From an uncultured Nanoarchaeota archaeon (lineage in GTDB: Archaea; Nanobdellota; Nanobdellia; Pacearchaeales; GW2011-AR1): a stretch of DNA of 39,134 nt. The notes under the pieces are model-generated. The model worked only from the letters and a program-made list of their open reading frames with translations. It did no database searches and was not told where the DNA came from. The DNA lies in the NCBI GenBank assembly GCA_963779925.1, contig CAVZZS010000012.1:1-39134 (forward strand), read 5' to 3'. Positions 25,709-35,692 of the stretch are shown piece after piece (the first letter of the stretch is position 1; each line of letters opens with the position of its first letter). A program made the translations under genes and the position numbers.

Positions 25709-26434
25709 ATGAGCAGGGAAAAAGTTTCTACCGGTAGTTATGATCTGAACAAATGGCTTTATGGGGGATATGAAAAAGATATTATAACTATGATTGCCGG
25801 CCCTCCAGGAAGCGGAAAGACTAATTTTGTAATCTTGGCTGCATGCAGTCAGGCCAAAAAAGGAAACAAAGTACTATTTGTCGATACAGAAGGCGGATTC
25901 AGTGTAGAAAGAGTCAAACAAATTGCGGGAGAAAAATCAGAAGAAATACTGAGTAATATCCTGATTCTAACCGCAACAAATTTTCAAGAACAGCAGGAAG
26001 TAATCAATAATCTGAAAACAAAAATAAAAAAAGAATCTGTCAGCATGGTGATAATCGATGGAATGGCTATGCTTTACAGACTGGAATTGGGAGATAATAG
26101 AAAAGATGATGAGCAGGTTAGGAAGATTAACCAAGAAGTTGCGAGGCAGATGAGGGATCTTGCTGAAATCGCAAGAAAACAGGAAATTCCTGTATTAATT
26201 ACAAATCAGGTTTATTCTCAATTTCTTTCAGAAGAAGAACTCAGAAACGGCGTTGAAAAAGAAACAAATATTGTCGGAGGCGATTTGTTCAAATATTGGA
26301 GCAAGTGCATAATAAAATTATCGAATGATAATAAAAGAAAAAAAGCAGAATTGGTTAAGCATAGGTATCTTCCTGAAAAAGAAATAATATTTGAAATAAG
26401 AAATGAAGGAATTTTCAAAAGAGGATGGATTTAA
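25709..26434 (+). CDS. radB: DNA repair and recombination protein RadB
   Basis: GPPGSGKT, VDTEGGFSVER, LITNQV, and the C-terminal KHR motif. Confidence 0.92.
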   Translation: MSREKVSTGSYDLNKWLYGGYEKDIITMIAGPPGSGKTNFVILAACSQAKKGNKVLFVDTEGGFSVERVKQIAGEKSEEILSNILILTATNFQEQQEVINNLKTKIKKESVSMVIIDGMAMLYRLELGDNRKDDEQVRKINQEVARQMRDLAEIARKQEIPVLITNQVYSQFLSEEELRNGVEKETNIVGGDLFKYWSKCIIKLSNDNKRKKAELVKHRYLPEKEIIFEIRNEGIFKRGWI

Positions 26435-27639
26435 TGGAAGATATAAAATTTCAAGTCATCAAAAAAATAGCAGAGACAAATTTCAAATACAAAGACTTGG
26501 GGAACATTTCTAAAATAGATAGTACTTCTCCACCCAGTGTTTTCATTGGATCAAAATTGAGATATCCAATGGTAAATGTAGGGATACTTTCTCCATTAGA
26601 CAAAGATGAGAATGCCTGGGTTTACGACAATGAAAAGTATTGGGCAAACAATAATTTTCAGATATATGACGTTTTAAAATTGCGAAATAGCCTGTTAAAT
26701 TCCAGATTTCAATCGAAGGTTCAGGATTCTAGATTGAATAAAAAATTTGTGCAAATAGCACAAGATATTGCGATAGCCTCAAAACCAGTGGATGTTGAAA
26801 TCCAACTAAAAAAAAATCTTAATTTAGGAAAAAATCAGGACAAAGTAGTTACCCCCCATGGAATGCATGCCGGATTGAAACAGGCAAAAATTACAGGCAA
26901 TGTAAAAATTGACAGAAAAGTGGATAAAGTTATGAATGATGAAATCAAGGCTACAGAGGGAATTGAATATCTCTATAAAAATGAATTCAATGAATATTCT
27001 TTAAGCAAAATACTCAGCGTTGGTGCGCTTGGATTAAAAAAGGACAAAAGGCTTGTTCCGACACGTTGGAGCATTACTGCTACAGATGATACTCTTGGAA
27101 AATTTCTGCTGAAGAATGTGAGAGAATACAAATGGATTGAAAACTATGAATTGTTCATGGGAGAATTCTTAGGAAATCAATATCTTATTCTCTTATTCCC
27201 TTCTGCATTTAGCTTTGAATTATTTGAATTATACCTTCCAAAGAGTTCTTGGAATCCCTCTGATGAAATTAAGGCATCTACTGATTCTGAACCTTATTCT
27301 GGGCGAAAAACATATGCTTCAAATACGGTTGGGGGATATTATGCAACCCGTCTACCGATTCTGGAATATCTAAATGGAATAAAAAGGCAGGCAGCAGTAT
27401 TAGCCATTAGAATTGAAACACCAACATATTGGGCAGGGCTTGGAGTTTGGGTTGTAAGGGAAAGTGTAAGAAAATCCATGAATAATGAGCGTTTTGAATT
27501 TGATGATATGAAAAAATTCATAGAAACATCAAAAGTCTTAGGAAATAAGAAGTTTAACTTTGATTATTCACAGATAATGGACAAAAGCAAGGTGATAAAG
27601 CAAATTATGACCCAGAAGAATTTAAATCAATGGTTCTAA
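26425..27639 (+). CDS. Nre family DNA repair protein
   Basis: SPPSVFIG, RLVPTRWSITATD, GGYYA, LGVWVVRE, and C-terminal PIP box QKNLNQWF. The usual N-terminal Cys cluster is not seen. Confidence 0.88.
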   Translation: MDLMEDIKFQVIKKIAETNFKYKDLGNISKIDSTSPPSVFIGSKLRYPMVNVGILSPLDKDENAWVYDNEKYWANNNFQIYDVLKLRNSLLNSRFQSKVQDSRLNKKFVQIAQDIAIASKPVDVEIQLKKNLNLGKNQDKVVTPHGMHAGLKQAKITGNVKIDRKVDKVMNDEIKATEGIEYLYKNEFNEYSLSKILSVGALGLKKDKRLVPTRWSITATDDTLGKFLLKNVREYKWIENYELFMGEFLGNQYLILLFPSAFSFELFELYLPKSSWNPSDEIKASTDSEPYSGRKTYASNTVGGYYATRLPILEYLNGIKRQAAVLAIRIETPTYWAGLGVWVVRESVRKSMNNERFEFDDMKKFIETSKVLGNKKFNFDYSQIMDKSKVIKQIMTQKNLNQWF

Positions 27640-28175
27640 AGAGTATTTCTGCAGGTATATAACTGCACAGTCGGGTAAAGAAAAAATCCGATAGGGTATG
27701 GCTCTTTTATATTAGCTAATTTATTCCTTTCAGGAAAACTCCAATCTTCTTGAAACATGGGGGGAACAACTACGCTAAAATAAGGAACTCTATAGTCTCT
27801 TGCAGTCCTACCAGCAAGATTTACAATTCTCCTAATAACTTTATTCTTGAATTCCCGCTTTTCTTTAAAAGTCAAATAGCTGAGAGGGGGAGTTTCATCT
27901 TGTTCATCAAAAATTTTTATTGGCCCAATATAAGCAGAAGCAAGCAATTCCAATGATTTTAAACAAATATCATTGCCAATAACGACAGAATTTTTAATTA
28001 AATCATAAGTCAGATTAAGCCAATTAGCTTCTGAATCTTGAGGCATTTTCACCTCTGCAATCTTGAAAACTTGTTTTTCAGGTATCCACAGAATAAATTG
28101 GGGGTCTTTTACTTCCGTATCACCAATCATGCAAAAAACATAACTGCTTGTGTTATAAATTCTATTACAAACCAA
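27636..28175 (-). CDS. Hypothetical protein (start uncertain: TTG 28175 or ATG 28130)
   Basis: The longest ORF filling this gap; no recognised motif. Confidence 0.5.
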   Translation of the reverse strand: MVCNRIYNTSSYVFCMIGDTEVKDPQFILWIPEKQVFKIAEVKMPQDSEANWLNLTYDLIKNSVVIGNDICLKSLELLASAYIGPIKIFDEQDETPPLSYLTFKEKREFKNKVIRRIVNLAGRTARDYRVPYFSVVVPPMFQEDWSFPERNKLANIKEPYPIGFFLYPTVQLYTCRNTL

Positions 28176-28223
28176 AATATAAATTAAAAAATAATAAATA
28201 AGTTTTTGAGAGAGAAACTAAAA

Positions 28224-28583
28224 TTAGAATCTGTCTCTTCTGTTATTATCTCTTCCGCCAAAACTTCTTCTCTGACCGCCGCCGAAACCGCCAGATCTTG
28301 GGCCTCTTCCGAAGTCTCTTCTTGGGGGTCTTGGTGCATCAGGATCAAAGGGCTTAGCTTCAGAAAGTTTCAATTCTCTTCCTTTGAAGTCTTTTCCGTT
28401 CAATTCGGAGATTGCTCTCTTTGCAGATTCTTCATCTGGAATTGTAACAAAACCGAAACCTTTTGATCTTCCGTTGAATTTATCTTTTATGAGTACAACT
28501 TCTTCAGTTTCATAACCAGAAAAAAGCTCTTTCAAATCAGACTCTTCAACACTGAAAGGCAAATTACCTACGTAAATTTTCAT
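28224..28583 (-). CDS. RRM-domain RNA-binding protein with Gly/Arg-rich tail
   Basis: RNP2 IYVGNL, RNP1 KGFGFVTI, RGG-like tail; AGGAGG SD at 28589-28594. Confidence 0.93.
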   Translation of the reverse strand: MKIYVGNLPFSVEESDLKELFSGYETEEVVLIKDKFNGRSKGFGFVTIPDEESAKRAISELNGKDFKGRELKLSEAKPFDPDAPRPPRRDFGRGPRSGGFGGGQRRSFGGRDNNRRDRF

Positions 28584-28685
28584 TTTATCCTCCTTACATT
28601 TAGTTAAGCATAACAGAATTAGCTGTTTTCTTCCTTACTCCTCGCATTGCTGACATGCTAATGTTAAAAAATACGGCTTTAAAAA
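28584..28685 (-). promoter_or_regulatory. Promoter and ~70-nt 5' leader of the RRM gene
   Basis: TTTTTAAA at 28685-28678 preceded by an A-rich BRE-like tract; AACAG/CTGTT hairpin; AGGAGG SD. Confidence 0.55.
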
Positions 28686-28688
28686 CTT

Positions 28689-30968
28689 TTAGTTACCTTC
28701 TTCCATTTCTTTCTTTTTTTGGTATTCTTCCATTCTTTCCTTATTTGTAGGACATTGTGGATTAAAGCAAAAAATCCATGGCCTTCTGCCCTTTGAAAGC
28801 CTCATAAGCATTGGAAATCCGCATGATTCACATATCTTTTCCGTCTTCTTGATTAATCCGTTAGGAGGGAGGCTGTAAGTATTCTTGCAGTCAGGATATT
28901 TGTTGCATGCCACAAAAGATCTTCTTGTTTTTCTTGAATACATAATAGCAAGGTTGCCTTCGCCGCATTTAGGGCATTTATTCAACGTATTCAACCTTTT
29001 CTGTTCTTCAATTAAATCAAGATTAGCTTCTAATAGGTCTTTTCCTATATTGGACTTATTTTTATCAAAGTATTCGATGATTTTAGTGATGGAATTCTCT
29101 GCTTCTTTGATAATCTTATCTTCTTTCTCTTGAAATCCTGTGTTGGACTCTTGCATCTTTTCCATTTCGTCTTCAAAATCTCTTGTGAGCTTTTCATCAA
29201 TTATTATCGGGGAATATTTTTCCATTGTAGAAATCAAAGATAGACCAAGAGGCGTTGCTTCAATGCTTTTGTCTCGTATATATCCTCTATCATACAAAGT
29301 CTCCAATATTGCCGCCCTTGTTGCTTTAGTTCCTAAATTTCTTTTCTCTAATTCAGATAAAATAGATGCCGGAGAATACCTCTTTGGGGGTTGAGTTTCT
29401 TTTTCTTCATTTCGTACTTTTATTATCTCAAGTTCACCATTAGCATCAGGAATATTTTTTTCATCGATTTTTATAGGATAGACCTCCATCCAGCCTTTTT
29501 TTCTTACGGATGAACCCCTTAAAAAGAATTTAAAATTATCCACAATCCCGGTGATTGTTTTTCGATCAATAATCGCATCATCGCAAAAGAGGGCGATAAA
29601 TCTTCTTACAATCAAATCATAAAGTTTTTTTTCGTCTGAAGGTAATGAAGCGTCTAAATTTTCTCCAGTTGGAAAAATGGAGGGATGTGCTGAATCGGTC
29701 TTTTCTCCTTCAACAGGCTTATCCCTTGTTATCAGTTCAGTTATTTTATACTCGTTGGACAATTTCTTTAAAATCTCTTTATATTCTACGGATATAGGGA
29801 GTTTCTGGCTGGAGGTTCTTGGATAAGAAATCAATCCGCCAAGATAAAGTGATTGGGCAATTTGAAGCGTTCTAGCCGGAGTCAGCCCATAAAGTCTGTA
29901 TGCTTCAGTCTGCAATGCTGTCAGGTTAAAGGGGGGATTTGGAGGAATGTTCTGGCTAGTCTTTTCTGTCTTGAGAAGAATCTTTTTGCCCACAAGTTTG
30001 TTAAATTTTTCAAGGTCTTTTTTATCAAAAATATCTTTGTCATATTCCAGTTCGATAGTATGGGAATTTTTTACAGTAATGAAAACCTGCCAGTATTTTA
30101 CCGGCTTGAACTCTTGAATTTTCCTTTCTTTTTCTACAATAATATTAAGAGTGGGTCCCTGAACTCTTCCTATTGACATTATTTTGAATCTGCCAGTTGT
30201 TTTTATAGCGTCCATAAGTGCCCTTGACAGATTAATTCCATAAAGCCAATCAAGATAATGCCTTGTTTCGCCGGCAATTGCCTGACCCCAATCAAGATGG
30301 GAAGATTTATTTTCATAGGAATTATTCAATTCGGAAGAAGTAAGTGTTGAAAACTTCATCCTGTTAGCATCCTTCTGTCCGCAGAGATATCTTACAATAT
30401 TCAATCCTATAACTTCTCCCTCTATATCATAGTCTGTTGCGATTGTTACGCTTCCCGCTCCTTTTACTAGTCTTAATATAGAATCATAATATCTTTTGGT
30501 AAAATCCTTTTTCTTAACTAAATAATTTGGAGCCCAGTATAAATCAAAAACAGGAGTTCCTGAATTTCGTGTTTTCTGAGTCAAAGTGAATAGATGCCCG
30601 ACAGCACAGGCGACAAAAATCTTTTTCCCATTTCTGTCAATTTCATAATAATTAACCCCGCCAAGATTTTTTGTTAAAGTTTTTCCAAGAGAATTGGCAA
30701 TTTTTGCAGCAGCCTGTGGTTTTTCAGTTATAATAAGTTCATATCCTCCTTTCTTAAGATTAATCTTTTGCGGTTCATATTTAATAGAAGACTTTTTGGA
30801 TATTGTTGATTTTGTCTTTGTTCTTTTTTGGAGTTTTTTCAAATCAGAAACTGGCATCTCACCACTATATTTCTTTTCAACAGCATGTTTTACATCAGAT
30901 TCACTTACAGGAAAATAGGCTTCTGCTGTTTTCTGCTCTCGGCTCTTCGTCTTCTTCTTTCTAAGCAT
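28689..30968 (-). CDS. topA: DNA topoisomerase IA with C-terminal zinc fingers
   Basis: ITEKP, GHL, ATDYDIEGE, GRVQ, ISYPRT, LGTKATR, and C4 fingers. Confidence 0.96.
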   Translation of the reverse strand: MLRKKKTKSREQKTAEAYFPVSESDVKHAVEKKYSGEMPVSDLKKLQKRTKTKSTISKKSSIKYEPQKINLKKGGYELIITEKPQAAAKIANSLGKTLTKNLGGVNYYEIDRNGKKIFVACAVGHLFTLTQKTRNSGTPVFDLYWAPNYLVKKKDFTKRYYDSILRLVKGAGSVTIATDYDIEGEVIGLNIVRYLCGQKDANRMKFSTLTSSELNNSYENKSSHLDWGQAIAGETRHYLDWLYGINLSRALMDAIKTTGRFKIMSIGRVQGPTLNIIVEKERKIQEFKPVKYWQVFITVKNSHTIELEYDKDIFDKKDLEKFNKLVGKKILLKTEKTSQNIPPNPPFNLTALQTEAYRLYGLTPARTLQIAQSLYLGGLISYPRTSSQKLPISVEYKEILKKLSNEYKITELITRDKPVEGEKTDSAHPSIFPTGENLDASLPSDEKKLYDLIVRRFIALFCDDAIIDRKTITGIVDNFKFFLRGSSVRKKGWMEVYPIKIDEKNIPDANGELEIIKVRNEEKETQPPKRYSPASILSELEKRNLGTKATRAAILETLYDRGYIRDKSIEATPLGLSLISTMEKYSPIIIDEKLTRDFEDEMEKMQESNTGFQEKEDKIIKEAENSITKIIEYFDKNKSNIGKDLLEANLDLIEEQKRLNTLNKCPKCGEGNLAIMYSRKTRRSFVACNKYPDCKNTYSLPPNGLIKKTEKICESCGFPMLMRLSKGRRPWIFCFNPQCPTNKERMEEYQKKKEMEEGN

Positions 30969-31069
30969 GATTCTAGTATAAAAATGGCATTTTTTAACTT
31001 TGTGATATATTTTTAAGATAAGTTATTTTAAATTATGTAAATAAAAAGGAGAGTAAGAAAAACTTCGAG

Positions 31070-31579
31070 ATGATTTATGTTATTCTATGGGTATTGTTAA
31101 TAATTATCTTATTAATCTTTTTTACATGGATTTCATCTTGCCTTTTTGGAGCCCCATTCCAGCCAAGTTCAAACAGGGCTCTTAGAAATATTATCGAGTT
31201 ATCAGAAGTCAAAAAAGGTCAAAAAGTTGCAGATTTGGGTTCGGGAGATGGAAAGATTGTCATTGGATTTGCAAAGCAGGGCATTGAAGCACATGGATTC
31301 GAAATAAATCCAGCATTAGTCTTGATATCAAGGATTAGAATAAAGAGATTAAAATTACAAAACAAGGCGTTTATACACTGGAAAAATTTCTTCAAACAGA
31401 ATTTCTCTGGTTTTGATATAATAACTTCTTTTCAGATTGTTTATCTGATGCCGGGGCTTGAAGAAAAACTAACTAAAGAATTGAAAAAAGGATCTAAGGT
31501 AATTTCAAATACTTGGAGATTTCCTCATTGGAAACCAAAGAAGAGATTAGGTGACGTTTATCTGTATGAAAAGAATTAA
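31070..31579 (+). CDS. Membrane-anchored class I SAM methyltransferase (FAM173/DOT1-like)
   Basis: TM, GAPFQPS, DLGSGDG, GFEIN. Confidence 0.85.
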   Translation: MIYVILWVLLIIILLIFFTWISSCLFGAPFQPSSNRALRNIIELSEVKKGQKVADLGSGDGKIVIGFAKQGIEAHGFEINPALVLISRIRIKRLKLQNKAFIHWKNFFKQNFSGFDIITSFQIVYLMPGLEEKLTKELKKGSKVISNTWRFPHWKPKKRLGDVYLYEKN

Positions 31580-32194
31580 TTAAATTTCAAAAATTTTCTC
31601 TTTTTCTGAAACATTTATTACTTTTGTCTTTCCCATCTGCTCTTCAATGCCCCCTGCTTCATGAATATGCGCATTAATGAGAATATCTGGCTGGAAATAT
31701 TTTACAGCTTTTCTTATTGCCTTTGAACCTGGAAATCCAGAAAATTCAGATTTGCTTCCTTCAGGATGCATATGAGTAACCATTATTTTTTTCTTAAGCC
31801 CCTTAACTCGGTCATAGCCTTTTTTTAATAAATAAAATATATCCGAATCACTGATGACATTTTCTCCGACATCTGCCCCGCCAGCCCCGAAAATGCCTAA
31901 ATCATTTTTTATGAAAGAATATCCATGGATGCTTTCTGCATTATCATACATCTCCGCAAGAAAATCGATAGTCGCAATGGATTCATGATTTCCGGGAATC
32001 AGCAGTACTTGTTTTTTTGCCTTTAGAAAGGGGCCGACCACACCAGTCACATTATTTTCCGAAAGAACAATATCTCCTGCAAGAATTACCAAGTCAACAT
32101 TTTCTTTTTCTGCTTTGTCAACTAATCTTTTTACTAGTCTTGTATCTCCGTGAATATCACCAACAGCTAATATCTTTGATTTCTTTTCAGACAT
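31580..32194 (-). CDS. Calcineurin-like metallophosphoesterase
   Basis: DIHG, AGD, GNHE, THMHP, HIHE. Confidence 0.92.
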   Translation of the reverse strand: MSEKKSKILAVGDIHGDTRLVKRLVDKAEKENVDLVILAGDIVLSENNVTGVVGPFLKAKKQVLLIPGNHESIATIDFLAEMYDNAESIHGYSFIKNDLGIFGAGGADVGENVISDSDIFYLLKKGYDRVKGLKKKIMVTHMHPEGSKSEFSGFPGSKAIRKAVKYFQPDILINAHIHEAGGIEEQMGKTKVINVSEKEKIFEI

Positions 32195-32224
32195 AAAAAT
32201 AAAAGTAAAAATCGTTTAATAAAA

Positions 32225-35182
32225 TTATCCCTTCAAGGTTCTTTTCTTAGAAATGTTTCTCACAATAGAAAAGGAGACAATAACAGCTCCGGAAACAATA
32301 ATGATTATAAGCGCGTAGTAAGTCAAGTCTCCAATGTTGAGTTTGAGAGTGCCGGGAAGATTGTTGATGAAATTCTCCAGGCCGTTAAGTACATTTTGAA
32401 ATCCGCTAGATGACTGACCTGTTGAAATTCTGCATTCTCCAGAGACACATCCAAATTGGCAGTTTTGGGATAGTATCCATTTATTGCTCGAACAGACTTG
32501 CGATTGATTTCCTAAGCATCTTATTTCTCCGGTATCACACAATACGGCTCCACCGACTATTGTATAATTTGAGAATCCAGGAGAGATTGCCGAGAAGTAA
32601 TAATACTGAGAATCTTGAGAGACTAAAATGGTTGGAAGGACTGTCCAAATTGTTCCCGTGCTTCTGTATAAGGAAATATTTGCGGGATCTAAGTTATTTG
32701 CTGATATCCATGAATTGTTTACTTGGAAGTTAATTGAGACATTTGCGATGTTGGAATCATTTACTCCAGAGGTCAATATCTGGAATGATTGATAGGTTTT
32801 GGCATTTGCAGCAACTTGCAGGATTATGCTTGGTATTTGCGAGATAGTTACTATTGCATTTGAAACTGATTGGTTGGTTGTTATTGTTAGTTGCGTGAGA
32901 CTGATATTGCTTGAGTTAACATTCATTGTTATTGGAACACCTGCTAGAGTTGAGAAAGCGAGTGTGCTTGTTGTCCCATTATTTGTTGTTGTGCCTGTGA
33001 AACTTATTCCGCCGTTTCCACCTCCACTATTTGAAGAAGTTGTTCCATTACTAGAATTTGAGGTAGTTATGGAAACAGGAAGAAACAAGGGAAGATAATC
33101 ATAGCTGTTATTATCTAAATTATAAGACAAGTCACATATCCCATCCAAGTTTGAGTCAATGCAAGTCTGAGAGAATCCTGTTCCGCTTGGATTCACCCAA
33201 ACATTTCCCCCATAACCCCCTAAACCGAGGATATTTGTCGCCCCGGATAAAGAAGTATTGAAGTAAGTTACCAATCCTGCAGGTGAACTTCTATAATTCA
33301 CAGTATTGTTGAGATAATTATTATATGCTAAAGTATTATTTGTATTGTAAAAATATATTCCTATATTATTGTTATTTTGTACATTTGAATTTATGAAAGT
33401 GCTGTTAGGTGAACTAAACCAATATATGCCTATATTATTGTTATTTGAAGTTATGTTTGTAAGATTCATGTTATTCATATAATATAGCTCTAATCCATTT
33501 TGGGGGTTGTTATTTGTGATAAGATTTGTTAAGGTGTCATTACCCGAGTAAGCAAAAATCATTCCATAATAATTAGTAGAAGAATTGATGTTTGAAAAAG
33601 TGGAGTTGTATGTTCCAGAGACTAATAGAAGATCATTGAATAAAGAATCTGAACCTTGAATTACTACATTATTAAGTATTGAATTATTTGCTCCGCAAAG
33701 AATTAATTCTGAGAAAATTTGATTTTGGAGATTTACGCTCGAGTTATAAAATCCAATAGATCGTCCTCCAGAACCTATAACGTTCGTAAAAAGGTTGTTA
33801 CATGAAGCAGCAAGAGGGACAGAAACTTCATAAGCATTATTCTCTTGGAACGTTGAATTAGCAATAATATTATTTGAAGTTATCGAACTTTCTCCTTGTA
33901 GTCCAAAAGACAACCCATACTGATTATTATTATTTGCAGTTATATTTGTTAAAGTATTATTAACAGAATTAGATAGATAAACTCCAGAAGCAGCATTATT
34001 ATTTGCAGTTATATTTGTTAAAGTATTATTCCCGGAATATACCGACCAAAGACCATAATAATTAGTAGAAGAATTGATGTTTGAAAAAGTGGAGTTGTAT
34101 GTTCCAGATACTAAAATATAGTTGTTTAATAGTGTGTTTGAACCCTGTATTGTAACATTGTTTATTATAGAATTATTTGCATTACATAAAAATAATCCTC
34201 CCAAAATCCTATTTTGAATTGTCACACTGCTATTATAAAACTCTATAGGTCTTCCTCCAGAACTAGTAACATTGGTGAAATTATAATTACAGGAAATAGG
34301 TGAAGTAAGGTATGTCCCAAAACCAAAGTCAAGATATTTATTTTCTTGAGCAGTCACATTAACGAAAGTATTACTATCAAATCCATTATTGATAGTAATG
34401 CCATAATCCGTATTATTGATTGTGGTTATATTTGTAAAAATATTATGACTTCCCGCTATAACCAGACCATAATTTTGGTTATAATTTGCGATCATATTTG
34501 ATATGTTACTATTACCTCCACTGGAGATATATCCATATCCAGTATTATTATTCAATGTAAGATTTGTTAATACATCATAATAAGAACCAGAACTCATATA
34601 AATCCCTCCATAATTATTGCTCGCACTAAAGTTGGTCAAGAAAATGTTGCTGCCAGAACTAAATGCAATACCGTAAGGATTGCCGCCTGTATTGTAGTTT
34701 GATATTATGTTCGTTAAATTGCCACCAGAAGCAGAATTGAGCCATATACCTGCATTTGTATTATTATTTGTTACTATATTTGTTAAACTGTCATTACTTG
34801 AAGAAAAGATATAAACCCCTGAATAAAAATTGTCGATGTTACAATTTTCTGCTAAATCATTGTTGCTGCCACCATTTGAGTTGTTAAAATAAACCCCATA
34901 AGTGCTGGAAATGTCTGTACCACTAATAGTGTTACCTTGACAATCAAAAGTCACATTTTTCTTGCCTCCGAAATCAATGCAGGTTGAAGTTGCCCCTGAT
35001 AAAGGGGTGGTTAATTGGATTGTATCCCCCGCAACACTTGTAATATTAGTCAAATAAGCGGTGCAGCTTCCACAAGAGTTGCAAGAATAAGTTGTCGCAT
35101 CAACTCTGATTAATAAAATGAAAATAAACAGTAAAGACAAACTTAAAACTACAAAAACTGCTCCTCTTTTTCTTAATTCCAT
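32225..35182 (-). CDS. Large cell-surface protein: parallel beta-helix (NosD/CASH-like), PGF-pre-PGF domain, Cys-rich module, C-terminal TM
   Basis: Signal peptide; repeated 'NITxNNNxYGI' turns; GGNVW..DSNLDGICD..DYLPL cap; ISPGFSNYTI; C-terminal TM followed by basic residues. Confidence 0.88.
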   Translation of the reverse strand: MELRKRGAVFVVLSLSLLFIFILLIRVDATTYSCNSCGSCTAYLTNITSVAGDTIQLTTPLSGATSTCIDFGGKKNVTFDCQGNTISGTDISSTYGVYFNNSNGGSNNDLAENCNIDNFYSGVYIFSSSNDSLTNIVTNNNTNAGIWLNSASGGNLTNIISNYNTGGNPYGIAFSSGSNIFLTNFSASNNYGGIYMSSGSYYDVLTNLTLNNNTGYGYISSGGNSNISNMIANYNQNYGLVIAGSHNIFTNITTINNTDYGITINNGFDSNTFVNVTAQENKYLDFGFGTYLTSPISCNYNFTNVTSSGGRPIEFYNSSVTIQNRILGGLFLCNANNSIINNVTIQGSNTLLNNYILVSGTYNSTFSNINSSTNYYGLWSVYSGNNTLTNITANNNAASGVYLSNSVNNTLTNITANNNNQYGLSFGLQGESSITSNNIIANSTFQENNAYEVSVPLAASCNNLFTNVIGSGGRSIGFYNSSVNLQNQIFSELILCGANNSILNNVVIQGSDSLFNDLLLVSGTYNSTFSNINSSTNYYGMIFAYSGNDTLTNLITNNNPQNGLELYYMNNMNLTNITSNNNNIGIYWFSSPNSTFINSNVQNNNNIGIYFYNTNNTLAYNNYLNNTVNYRSSPAGLVTYFNTSLSGATNILGLGGYGGNVWVNPSGTGFSQTCIDSNLDGICDLSYNLDNNSYDYLPLFLPVSITTSNSSNGTTSSNSGGGNGGISFTGTTTNNGTTSTLAFSTLAGVPITMNVNSSNISLTQLTITTNQSVSNAIVTISQIPSIILQVAANAKTYQSFQILTSGVNDSNIANVSINFQVNNSWISANNLDPANISLYRSTGTIWTVLPTILVSQDSQYYYFSAISPGFSNYTIVGGAVLCDTGEIRCLGNQSQVCSSNKWILSQNCQFGCVSGECRISTGQSSSGFQNVLNGLENFINNLPGTLKLNIGDLTYYALIIIIVSGAVIVSFSIVRNISKKRTLKG
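33564..34108. repeat. Exact 56-bp intragenic direct repeat plus a 69-bp-period repeat
   Basis: 33564-33619 is identical to 34053-34108 (489 bp apart; SGTYNSTFSNINSSTNYYG). NNTLTNITANNN is repeated at about 33925-34030. Confidence 0.88.
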
Positions 35183-35290
35183 TACTTATTATCAAGATGT
35201 ATAGAATTTAAAAATCTTCTTGGAGATTATGACGAAAGGTTTAAAAGTAGTCTACCATCTGGATATATACATTAAAAAACATATCTTAAA

Positions 35291-35557
35291 ATGAAAGACA
35301 ACTTTGACATCTTTTTTAGGAGAAAGCCAGCTTTGATGTTGGTTTTTTTGAAGAAGAATACAAGAATGAGATATGGCAGTATTCTTGCAAAAGAAGTAGA
35401 CTGCACTTACAGCCATGCTGTAAAGATTTTGCAGACCCTTGAAAAATTAGGGCTGGTTCTGTTTGAGAAAAAGGGGCGAGTTAAGCTGATAAAGCTTACA
35501 AAAAAAGGAAAAGAAGTAGCAGACCATATCGAATTGATACAAAATCTTGTTAAGTAA
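35291..35557 (+). CDS. Winged-helix (MarR-like) transcriptional regulator
   Basis: LAKEVDCTYSHAVKILQTLEKLGLV..KKGRVKLIKLTKKG. Confidence 0.85.
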   Translation: MKDNFDIFFRRKPALMLVFLKKNTRMRYGSILAKEVDCTYSHAVKILQTLEKLGLVLFEKKGRVKLIKLTKKGKEVADHIELIQNLVK

Positions 35558-35692
35558 ATATCTCGCCCTTGTAAAAACTTGAAACACTCATATAATTGAG
35601 ATTGTCAGTTATTACTAACTGCTTTTTCAAATTTCTATTACTATTAGTAAGTAGGCCAAAAGTTTATTAGCTAAATCATAAGAATCCTAATC

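Noticed and set aside
33564-34108. DGR template/variable repeat pair
   Set aside because: Both copies are in-frame in one gene, show no adenine-specific mismatch pattern, and no reverse transcriptase is in the window.
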